NCBI GenBank assembly: GCA_976551045.1
Contig: CDPCPM010000010.1
Span: 37,386,001 to 37,450,000, forward strand
From: Glaucostegus cemiculus
Lineage: Eukaryota
Direction: 5' to 3'
DNA length: 64,000 nucleotides
Positions 1 to 11,070 of the stretch are shown here, piece by piece. The translations under genes and the position numbers were made by a program. A model generated the notes under the pieces. That model was not told the DNA's origin, made no database searches, and saw only the letters and a program-made list of their open reading frames with translations. The number at the start of each line of letters is the position of its first letter. Positions within the stretch are counted from its first letter, which is position 1.

Positions 1-90
1 GGGGCTGTGCAGATCACTAGTCACATCTCAGCTTCTGATTCGTGAACAATGACTGACCAATTAGGATGCAGCTCATTTCTTAAAGCAAGA
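1..90 (-). promoter_or_regulatory. Partial A-type protocadherin promoter module of a variable exon lying off the left edge of the window
   Basis: ggggctgtgcagatcac..tcacatctcagcttctgatt...gaccaattag...tttcttaaagc is collinear with the A-type promoters at 14336-14433, 32606-32702 and 50833-50929. The first CCAAT box is mutated (ATTCG) and the spacer is 11 bp shorter. Confidence 0.8.
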
Positions 91-3000
91 ATTGCTTGAC
101 TTCGGACAAGTTGTTTTATTTATTACTGCACACATGAAATTTCATTCAGCGTTTTCGATTATTTAGATTTTTGTGGAAATTTAGCTCTGGAACCATAGTT
201 TCAGGAACTACAATGCAGTAAATATCTTCGCGATGAAGTGTAACCAAAAGTCTTCAGGAACATGATTAAACTGAACAACCAACTCGTCTTGCTGAGTAAC
301 AAATTGCATGCATGATCCATGTGCATTTATTTTAACGTTGTTTTACAATGGTGGCCATCTGACAATTAATTTTCAGGGAATACTGTCTCCCCCCCCCCCA
401 GAATAGAACCAAATCAAATAAAATACAGATACAATGCCAAGAGGAATATCCTCTTTCTGCTTCATTTCAAACCGAGAGCTCAATGGTCACTTCACTTCTA
501 AAAGAAATATGTTTCTATCCCTGATGTCCACAATAAACCGCCAAGTAACTTTGATTTTATCTATTGCTTTTCATAATTTAAGGGCTAGCACGGTAATACT
601 CTCCATTGTTTTTTTTCTGAAGCAAAATCTGATGTGATTGCCTTTGTTTAAAATCTAAAGCAGATTGCCATCATGTCTACCACTGAATCTCTTTCCAGTC
701 CTGATATTTGACCAGCTCATGAATGATCGCAGCATTAATTTACAGAATACGCATCTACTGTTTCGAAAATCAATACTCTCTCATGCTCTTTAAATTTTTC
801 TGGTGTTATTACTGCTCTCTGTTTAACTTTGACGAGGAATCATACAAGATCTCTTAGAACTTCTGTTGCAATAACTTTATGAGAGATCCATCAGCACAAG
901 GACCACACTAGTTCATGAAGATGTTTTTCCACCACGTTTTTAAGGGCAGCGTGGGATGGGTAAAACACTGACCCAGCCAAGATAAAATAAGCATTACTTT
1001 GGTCATTGGAAACTGCTAATATCCAAAGCAAAGCCTCTCTGCAGGAATTTCTTGGGATTCTGCATGGACTCCTTCATCTCTGACACTTCCTCAAATATCA
1101 GCACGATATTATGTGTGGGAAAGTTTCCTGCTGACCACACGATGTTGATATACCCACTTGGAACAAGCTTTACACAATGTTAATGCTTTGAATCTTAACT
1201 GAGGGAACATTCATATATATCTTAATTGCTCGGCATTGGCCACCCCCAGCAACAGGTATTACCTGTAACAGGTAACAGATAACCTTTTCTCCTCGAATTC
1301 AGTCACAACAGCAGCAGTGAATCAACCTCATATTAACGTGGGGTTTCACCATTTATTAAAAAAAATATACTGAATTCACAACATAAGTACGGTGGTTATG
1401 ACAAGACACCAGAAGTTGACTTTCAAGGGGTTCATCTGGTCTTCTGCCACTTAGAATTCCCAAATCGGTATTTTGTTTGTGTATTTTCCAAATACCTGGA
1501 CGCGTTACTTTACCAACACCAAGAATTCTTAACGCCATTCAGATCAAAGCCTTCAGCTTGATTAGCAGAACAATGATTATATAAGGATGATAACATCATG
1601 TCCTCTTCAGTTAAATCTCACTATTTATCAGAAGCATTTGAACGAGCTACATACATACTTTGACTGCGGAAGGAGACCACATCTTTGGTTTCTATGGGGT
1701 TTGGAAATTCTCCGTGTCATCTCCATCGCTACGAAGGAGGTAATCAGAAGATTGTTAGAATATTTTCCACTTGCTTTTATAGTTAAACCCACCAACACAC
1801 AGGAAGTTGCATGGTGTCCGGAACAAAACTTCCAGACTGATTCACAAAATACTTCAGATATTCATGCAGTCTGCCAGAGAATGCGCTACCATAAATCACT
1901 GATACCACTTCAGAAACGTTTCCAAGGTTTCACACTCTCCTACCAAGAAGTACAAGAGCAACAGCGCGGTGCCAGCACCACAGATTCGTGTCACATACGC
2001 CCCCCACTCCCGAAATCATGTCATTGTTCCTTCATAATCACTGAGTTAAAACCATGGAGCTCACTCCGAGTCATTGGAATGAGCGTACTCTTCTACTCGG
2101 ATCATTATGGGACAAGAGGGCCCTTCAGCACAACGTGCACCGTGGCAATTATCGCCGAGTAAAAAAAAAATTACTGACTTAGTGACACCTATTTCCAAAC
2201 ACATAGATAAAGACAAGCATTTCAAATGAAATTAACTGAATCTAAAAAAAAAAATACGGGTCATTTTGTGTTGAATTGTGGCACCCAGCCCCGTAATGTT
2301 ACTGTACTGGGAGACAATTATGTTGCATAAGTGTTCTGTAGTCTATGATTATCTGCATGCGCAGAGCACTTCCGCATGAACGTCTCAACGCTAAGAGTAC
2401 AGACGATCGCAACGTTATTCAGTATTGCTCCAGTTGAAAGATTTTTGCATTTTCACGGTCATATAGGACATCCCAGTGCATTTTCCAACCGACATCTAAC
2501 TTCTGTATTACTGATGTGATTCAGGAAACATTGCTGGCAATTTGTGCACAACCAGTTTTCCAAACAACATTGTGATACTAGCAACACAAAATGTTTTTGT
2601 TTTGTTTTAAAAAAAAACTGCTAAGTATATTCACTATAGATATCACCTCTGGGTTTCCCCGAAATAGCGGAAATGTGTTACCTCCACCCCAAAGAGAAAT
2701 CATGCCTCCAAATACTATCGCCTCTATAAGACCCTATCTCTTCTATACATAACACTTTTAGTCGAGCAGTGACGCAATAAAAACGCTTTTTGTTGTTCTC
2801 TACTGGTTTCTAGAACACTATTTCAACCCGTAAAGTGTATCTAAAAGAACGACCAGAAAATCTTGGGGATACTCAACATGGAAGGCAGAATCTGTGGAGA
2901 GGGGACCAGTGTTAACTTTTAGGCTCAATGCCCTTAGGTCAGCAATGGAAAAGTGAGAGAATTAAGCAAGTTTTAAGGCACACAGAGTTTGGGTGCGTTG

Positions 3001-3965
3001 GTTGGGGGAGTGGGGGATGGTCACAAAGCAAAGGACATCTCTGTGATAGGATAAAGAAAAGCCTTGATTGTGTTAGTGACATCAATGCTTTTGCTGCCGC
3101 CTAAGAGCCGTATGAAAGACTGTAAGTAGAGGCCGATAAATGAAGGTATTGAGAGGGTATTACAAAAAAAAAGTGTTGGAACAGTGAAGTATAGAGTAAA
3201 GCAGTTGCTGGACACCTGAAACAAAAGATACTGCTGGAATCATTTAGTTGATGAAGCAGCATCGGGAGAGAGAAAAATCAAGTGTGTGTTGCAAATGGAT
3301 CTCCACGTATCAACATTGGTCGGTTCTGAAACACAAAACAGAAGAACAACTGTGTGAAATTGTTGGAATGCATGTTAAATCCGAAGGCGAGGATATGCCT
3401 GGGTGGTGGATGAAATGCTCCTCCCCAACTTTACGCTAAGCTTCATTCAGAGTAAGGGTCCATGAAGAGCCGGAGTGGAATGCAGAGTTAAAGTGAAGAG
3501 AGAGTTAAAGCTCGAGGTGCACGAAAGAACTGGAGAGAAGAATTATGCACTCAGTATACGTTTGTATTCCCCATGGTAACGGAGACCACGCTGTGAGCGC
3601 AGAGCGCAATGAATTCGTTTGGAAGGATTGCAACTCAATTGGCTCCTCGACTGCAAAGACTGAAGTGTTACCAATTGACCTAGAGATAAGAATATTAGAA
3701 AGAAGAATTAAAAATACCACTCAAAACCATGCCGAATTCCAGAACATTAATGAAAAGCTGTTTGGTGATATATATGAATTATATTTAATCATTACCCTAA
3801 AAAGAATCACCACGAGACAAAATCGAAGTCGGGAAACAAATTTAGAGCAGAAAACAGAATTTTCCTTTCAGCAATACCTTTCATCCTGTTTACGTTAATA
3901 TACTGGTTGTTCACCAAAATACTTGCACTTTTAAATCAAACCTGCCAGTGCTTTCTTCTCGACAA

Positions 3966-6435
3966 TCACCTCACCTCAGGAACGCTGTAGTTCTCAGAAT
4001 TCGCCATTGCAATACCGTCTTTTCCGATAGATTCGTTCAGCACAACATTTTTGTCTGCAGAAGACCTACTCGTGTTGGGTTCGGCGAAATTTATCTTGGG
4101 AGACTGCAATGTCGAACACGATTCGTAGCGGACACGTTGAGAGAGAGGGTCGCCCCCAAATACATCAACATAGTTTGGTGGTATCTGAAGGCTTTTACTG
4201 GCCTTCTGAATTACATTCAAAGAATGTCTTGTTTCAAAGCAACACAATCTACTTAAGGAATGATGCTGGTATAGCATACCGTTCCTGTTTTTGTGAACTT
4301 TAACGGCGAGGATGACTAAAATTATGAGGAAAATGCTAGATGTTATTCCCAAGGCCATAACCAAGTGAAGGCTCAGTTCAGGAGTGAACCTCGGATCTGA
4401 GGACGAACTGCTGACACTGGAGAACGTTTCACTGTCAGTCCCAACCACAGATAATACTATAGTCACAGTGGCAGAGAGTGACGGAATTCCATTATCTTTT
4501 ACCACAATCACCAGCCTTTGAATAGAGGCATCGTTGTTCAAAAAACGACGGATAGTCCAGATCGCGCCAGTGTCTGCGGAAACAGCAAAGGGATCATGAT
4601 GGGTGGCTTGAAAAATCTGATAAGATTGTCGAGCATTCTGACCAGAGTCGGCATCAGTGGCCGATACCTTGACAACCAAGGAACCTGGTTCTGTGAACCT
4701 GGATATTGTTTCTGCTGCTGTTGACCTATATTCGGGTAGAGGATGTGTAATCACTGGAGCATTATCATTCTGATCAAGGATAACAACATTTACTGAGGCA
4801 TTACTGTAGAGTGCTGGTGCACCAGAATCCCACATTTGAACTTGCACCTGGATGTTTTTCAATTGCTCGTAGTCAAATGTTCTCCGAGCATATATGACAC
4901 CATTGGTTAAATTAATTGAGACATATGTGGTTACTGACGTATCCTGAACCTGAGACTCCAGGATAGAAAAGTTCAGTCGGGCGTTTTCTCCAATATCTGG
5001 ATCGAAGGCTGTCAGGGAAAATATGGAAGCCCCAACAACGTTGTTTTCCATAATATTTGTCGTGTATACCGGGCGAGTAAACCTTGGTGCATTGTCATTT
5101 ATATCTGAAACCTATACCCGGATGGTTTTTTTTGGAGGTGAGGGGAGGTTCCCCTGCATCCGTACATATTATACTAATATCATACTTGGGGGTGTTTTCG
5201 CGGTCTAGTAAATGTTGTACAAGAATTCTGTAATAGTTTTTTAAAGATGAATCTAGCTCAAAGGGTAGTTGGTTAGAAAGTTGACATTCCACGTGACTAT
5301 TTTGTCCGGAATCTCTGTCTTCTGCACTGAACAGAGCTACTATGGTCCCCAGGGGAGCGTCTTCCTAAACAGTCGTTGACGATGACTGCAATATTATCTC
5401 CGGTGCGTTATCATTCACGTCAACAACTTCAACCAATACGTCACAGTACTCCGGTATAGCGCCCGATCCCTTATCCATCGCCTGTATGTTGATCTCAAAG
5501 ACATTGCTTTCTTCATAGTCTAAGTTCCCTTTGAGTCTGAGTTCACCAGTTTTGGAGTGCAGATCAAAAATTTTACGGGCATTAGAAGAGATATGGCCAC
5601 GGAAAGAATACATTATATCGCCATTGAGGCCATCATCCAAGTCAGTGGCGTTCAATGTGATGATCAGTGTCCCTTTTGGTGCAGATTCCAATAGACTGAC
5701 TTTAAAAGCAGACTGAGAGAAAACATGCGCGTCGTCGTTTACATCCTTCACTATGACTATAATCTGAACCGTTCCCGATCTTGGAGGCAAACCGCCGTCC
5801 CTGGCTGTTAACGTTAAACTATGTGTTGACATTACTTCTCTGTCCAAAGGCTTTTTCAGTAACAATACTGGCCACTTGCCCTTCCCACTGCGCATTTGCA
5901 CATCCAGAGCAAAATATTCGTTCGGCTGCAGCTGGTAGGTTTGCAAGGCGTTAGTGCCAATGTCCGGATCCAGAGCCGATTCAAGAGGAAATCGCATTCC
6001 CGGTGCTGCGAACTCCGAGATTTCAAGGCGAAACTGGCTTTTTGGGAAACTGGGAGCATTGGCATTTACATCAAGAATCTCCACTTCCACCTGGTACAAA
6101 CTCAGGGGGTTTTCAAGCAAAACATCAAACGATAAGCGGCAATCGAGGTTCGACCCACAAAGCAGTTCTCTGTCGATTACTTCCTTCATAAATATAACCC
6201 CATTCTCCAGATTTACTTCAAAATACTGCTTCTTTGGACCGGTCGCGATCCGCAAACTGCGAGCCTTCAGCTGCTTTACATCCAATCCTAAATCGGCTGC
6301 GATGTTCCCAACAAAGGCTCCCAGCTGCAGTTCTTCAGGAACAGAATAACGAATCTGCCCAGACAAAATACCCCACGAGGAGAACACACAGCACAACAAT
6401 TGGCATTTTAGCAACCAATATATTTTATATTTCAT
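3966..6435 (-). pseudogene. Clustered protocadherin variable exon B1, disrupted
   Basis: ORF pieces 5365-6435, 5095-5292 and 3966-5051 align with intact paralogs. Lesions: in-frame TAG at 5365-5367 (Ser in paralogs); +1 frameshift in the T8 run at 5126-5133 (paralogs ttttctt); second TAG at 5112-5114 (CAG/GAG in paralogs). Ca-binding motifs are also decayed (DVNANAP, DVNDDAH). Splice donor at 3975/3974 is intact. Confidence 0.9.
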
Positions 6436-6619
6436 TGCCAGTAGAAGTCATTCCAATGGATTCAGGCCCTGACTGTATTCTTCATTGTCCTTTTAGCAGC
6501 GACTCGACGTTAGTTAGAACAAAAGCGATACAGAAAATACTCGTTCCTTTTGCGAATCTCGAAATATTTCATTTATATGCTAGCATTGTGCATTAAGTTG
6601 TGGGAGCATTCCTGCAGAA

Positions 6620-6790
6620 ATCCCACGGAGCTGCTGGCTCTCCAGTTTTTACTGTGTCTGATCTGATGTGATGGTTGCTGTGTCGTGAAGGGGGCTGTCC
6701 GGATTACTAATCACAGTTCAGCTCCTGATTGGTGGAGACTCTCATTGATATTCGTCCAATCAGGATTCTGCTCGTTTCTTAAAGCTAGAA
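6620..6790 (-). promoter_or_regulatory. B-type cPcdh promoter module (B1)
   Basis: CGGAGCTGCTGGCT; TGAAGGGGGCTG (6686-6697); inverted repeat TCCTGATTGG (6723-6732)/CCAATCAGGA (6756-6765); TTTCTTAAAGC (6775-6785). The module is shared by all paralogs about 190-350 bp upstream of the ATG. Confidence 0.8.
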
Positions 6791-9074
6791 GTACTTAAGG
6801 TTGCGCAGATTTGTTGTATTTATTGTTGTGCAATTAAAATTTCTTTCAGCCTGTGGCTATTTCTTTTCTGTTCTGATCACTGTTATGCCGCTTCGAGTTC
6901 TATGAATCGACCTACCAATTAATATATTAAAGGAAAAGTTTGAAGAAACTCATGAACAAACAGAGGAAAAGATGAATATAAAGAACATGTTGGGCTGAAG
7001 GATGTCATTCCAGTTATGACACGCGTAAGTTATTCTTCCTTGAACTTCCAGAAATTACCTCTTGATGGTGAGTCCAGGAAGCAAAATTATCTGTGTGGAT
7101 TCAAGAAGGAATTATCACTTGGTTTTATTGAGTCGTTCTAGTTTTCGAATGGATAGTTATCTGGTTGATTTACTAGAATGAACAAACTCGAATGTAGAAA
7201 TATGAAGTGTTGGAACTCTGATAGAAAGGCATAAAATGCACGAAGAACTCATTGGGTTGCCAGCATCTACAGGAAGAGAAACGTATCACTTTAAAGAACC
7301 TGTTGAAAACAATAATATTCGAATGCATATCACTAATTTATGGTATATAACTGCCTTCTCTCACTGAATTTATATCTTTCATTAACACCCAATTCTTCAC
7401 TGTGACCAGGTGATTTCCGTTGACTATATCTTATAAACTGAAGTTACCTGTTCGCGATTAAAGGCATGCTCGTTTATTTTTTTAGCAGTTATCAGTGGTT
7501 TTATTAGATGACATTATTCCAAATCACTGCGTTTTTGCTAGGTTCTGTCACCTTACAGCCATCCTGTATTCATGTTTGTCACTGGTCAAGATTCACTGAC
7601 GGTTTAGTTCTGTAGTCAATTTATCTGGCGAATTCTGTGTGGTGCAGAGGTCATAGGCATAAGTTAACTAGCACGAGAATTATTCTCGTATGAATTGATG
7701 AAGTAATTTTCCGTGAATATCTTCATGTAGAGAATTGAGGAAAGTGTTTACGAATATTTGTATTAACTTCAGCTCCCACTGAGTTCAGGATGGTCTATTT
7801 TGGAAAGGAAGGCAAGTACTAACTATTTTATTTTGAAACGAAAGATAGTGTGTGTGGTAAGTGAACAAGTTCTGAAAAAATGCAAACAGACCGAACCTTG
7901 CTGACCAAGTGCTGCCATCTGAACTTGGCATTCATGGCTTGAGTGCTCCCGTGTTTGGGTCTCGAGACTGAAATCGTTTTCTGCTTATCTAAGGTAACTC
8001 GGACACCACGGCTCAGGAGACTCCCCTGAAGTTGAGATGGGCTGTAAAATTTACCATCTGTCATATTTCCCAGGTTTTGTTTTTGTATAGCTATTGGATG
8101 TCTTTGAAATATAGAAGCCTCTAAAAGCAACTTTAATTAAACTGTTTTTTAAAGAACGAAACTTTCAACAAAGACATTGGCAAGCATCCTCAAATAATAA
8201 AAAAAAAACAAAAAAAAAGTGACGTTGAACTGAATCAAAATAATTATAAACCCTGCATGGACAATCCTAAATTTCTTTTGAAATCCATGTCATCTCAGAT
8301 TCGATGGGAGTTCTGATTATTTATCTTCAGGAACTTCACCAGTCCTTGTAAACGTGGATAACTTGTTAATGATCACGGACTATCAGCTTACGATCAGAAT
8401 TCCACTGCAGCAATCAGTATCCATATGCAGTAAGTCCAGACCAATGTTTTGCAAGTATGCCATGACAAATGGCATTCAATCATGGCAAATACTGGGTATT
8501 GGCCACCAGCTAAAGCAGAAGGATATCCCGCTCTCTTGAATTCAGTCATATTACATCCAGTTACATCCTGAGTTTCATTACTGATCAGGAATTTAACCAA
8601 GCCAGTTAGACTAATATATGTAATACGATAGACTGATACGTAGCAATGGCAGTCTCACTTCATGATTTCACATAACTTTTTCACCATCTGCAAAGTACTG
8701 GTCCGTATTGTGAATGAAGAATATTAACTTGCATAAGTGTGTAACTTCAACAACATTTAAAAAGTATTATACTATCGGAACCTTGATTCATGTTTGTTTA
8801 ATCATCAGATATATCTAAAATATTCACTCTACCCTCAGATGAATGCATTGCAGCATCTCCCTCCAGCTGTTTCAAGAGAATCTGTAACCTAGGTGGATCA
8901 CAACAGATGCACAACATTCATGCATCTCCTATGAAGTATAACATCATCGAGCTATCAAAGATTCCTTCCAGCCAGAGTATTCTGACGAAAAACATACAAC
9001 CATCTCAGTGTAATTACTGGCAGGATCTCAGAATAGGTGCATGAGTGTGCTGTCACCACATACATTGTGGTTAG

Positions 9075-9710
9075 TTAAGAAGGTCATCGAGTCACAGAGC
9101 AGGGAAACAGGCCCGTTGTCGCCCATCTTCCATGTCAACCATCAAATATGCACCTACACTAATTCGATTTACACGGACTTCGTCTGTGGTCTTCCGTGCT
9201 TTGGCAATTCAACCGCTCACCTAATTTATTTGCTAAATGTTGTTAGGTACCAATTTCAACCACACAAGCAAGCAGCACATTCCTAATTCCCAAAATCCTC
9301 TGGCTGAAAAATTCTCTCAAATTCCCTCTCGAACATATCTTGGACATGTCTCTTATAGGGAAAACATTCTTCCTACCTAGGCAGTCTATGCTTTGCTTAA
9401 TATTGTACATCTCAATCTTGTCTCCCTCAGCCTCCTCCAATCCAAGGAAAACAAGCACAGACTCTCCAGTCTCTTATCGCTACTGAAACTCTCCACTTCA
9501 GGCAACATCGTGGTGAATCTTCTCTGAAAGCTCGACAGTGAAATGGCGTTCTTACTATTGTGTGCTGACCAGAATTACATTCAGTGCTCCAGATGTGGCT
9601 GAGCCAATGTTGTACAAAGCTCTACTATAACTTATGCTTTTCTACCATATATCCTGGGAAAGGAAGCCGAATATTCCGTATACTTCCTTCATCACTGCTG
9701 CCACATTGAA
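9075..9710 (-). mobile_element. Old, decayed CR1-type LINE 3' remnant
   Basis: Antisense CR1 3' signatures (caggcaacatcgtggtgaatcttctctg, gaccagaattacattcagtgctccagatgtgg). Paralogous copies at ~28.2-29.0, 46.1-47.1 and 63.2-64.0 kb. Confidence 0.6.
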
Positions 9711-9766
9711 TAAGGCAAGACTACCTTATTCATTTATTCAAACCTTTTGCAATAAAGACCAACATT

Positions 9767-10080
9767 GGCACGGTAGCATAATGGTTAGCACAGTGCTTTA
9801 TAGCTCCAGAGACCCGGGTTCAAATCCGGCCACTGTGTATAAGGAGTTTGTATATTCTCCTCGTGTCTGTGTGGCTTTCCTCTGGGTGCTCCGGTTTCCT
9901 TCCGGTGCTCCGGTTTCCTCCCACATTCCAAAGACGTACGGGTCAGGAAGTTAAGGGCATGCTATGTTGGCGCCAGAAGCATGGCAACACTTGTGGGCTG
10001 CCCCCCAAAATCACTACACAAATAATGTATTTCACTGTGTGTTTCGATGTACATGTGACTTAAAGATCTTATCTTATCTA
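9767..10080 (+). mobile_element. tRNA-derived SINE (V-SINE/HE1-like)
   Basis: tRNA-like head with A box (tagcataatgg) and B box GGTTCAAATCC (9817-9827), core 'gggtgctccggtttcctcccacattccaaagacgt', and a (cttat)n tail. Absent from the paralogous site near 28.83 kb. Confidence 0.8.
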
Positions 10081-10278
10081 ATGATTCGACGGATGCAAAG
10101 GTCCCTATGATCCACAATACTCCCTAGGGCACTACTAATTACCATCTGTGCCCTGCCCTTACTTATCCTCTCAAAATGCATATCCTTGCTCCTATTAGGA
10201 TTACATTCCTTCAAATTCTGTTTCTCTGCTTCATTAATGCCTTCTCAAGAGTAAATACTGATATTAAATAAATTAGAT

Positions 10279-10720
10279 CATAGAACACTACGGCACAGTA
10301 CAGGCCATTCGGCCCACAATGTTGTGCCGACATTTTATTCTGATCTTAGAAATATCCAACCCTTCCCTCCCACATATCCCACCATTTCTCTATCATTCAT
10401 GTGTCTATCTAAGAGTCTCTTAAATGTCCCTAATTTATCTGCACCCACAACCTCTGCCAGCAGTGCATTTCACGCACCCACCATTCTCTGTGTTAGTCAT
10501 TGTCACCCTAGGGAAAGGTCTCTGACTGCCCACTCGATCTATGCCTCTTATCATCTTGCACAGCTCTATCAAGTCACCTCTCATCCCCCTTCTCTAAAAG
10601 AGAAAAACCCTAGCTCACTCAACTTATCCCCATAAGACATGCTTTCCAATCCAGGCAACATCCTGTTAAATCTCCCCTGCACCCTCTCTAAAGCATCCAC
10701 ATCCTTTCTGTAATGAGATA
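10279..10720 (-). mobile_element. CR1-type LINE, 5'-truncated 3' end
   Basis: Antisense 3'UTR 'catagaacactacggcacagtacaggccattcggcccacaatgttgtgccga' followed by the ORF2 C-terminal region. Absent from the paralogous site near 29.03 kb. Confidence 0.75.
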
Positions 10721-10879
10721 AGAAGATAAGATTCTGCCCAGTTTGGTGGCACATTCGAAGACGAACTAATAAACAATCACACTACAGTGTCAGCATTGGA
10801 ATTGCATTATGCTGATAGCAATTGCTCTGCATCTAACGATGGTGTTAATGCGAACGCAATGAACATAGACGTCAGTTAG

Positions 10880-11070
10880 CATTTTGTACGAGCTGGTGGA
10901 GAGGAAAACCGTGTTAACGTTTCAAGATGATCACTTTTCATCCAGTTCTGTTGTAAGCTGATCGGCCTGAAACGTTAACTCTTGTTTCTCCCTCCGTGCA
11001 TACTGCCTATCCTGCGCATGTTCCTGCGTTCCATAGTATATTTCAGCTTTCCAGAATCTGCATACTTTTC
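10880..11070. mobile_element. Decayed Penelope-derived short repeat with a hammerhead-like relic
   Basis: 'gtgttaacgtttcaag...gcctgaaacgttaactcttgtttctc...tactgcc' resembles the end of the Penelope element at 36.3-36.45 kb. Paralogous copies at ~29.2-29.35 and ~47.5-47.6 kb. Confidence 0.45.

Noticed and set aside
5126-5133. B1 disruption as a simple homopolymer sequencing error
   Set aside because: Two independent nonsense substitutions and decayed Ca-binding motifs accompany the frameshift.
6495-6505. CGCT-box-like sequence (sense GTCGCTGCT) 50-70 bp upstream of the ATG as the mammalian-type CSE
   Set aside because: Present in B1, A2, A4 and B5 but absent in B3, A6 and B7. It lacks the upstream half of a CTCF motif and probably lies in the 5'UTR.
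9767-9840. Possible tRNA gene
   Set aside because: A and B boxes are present, but the sequence continues into a SINE core and simple-repeat tail, with no acceptor stem or poly-T terminator.
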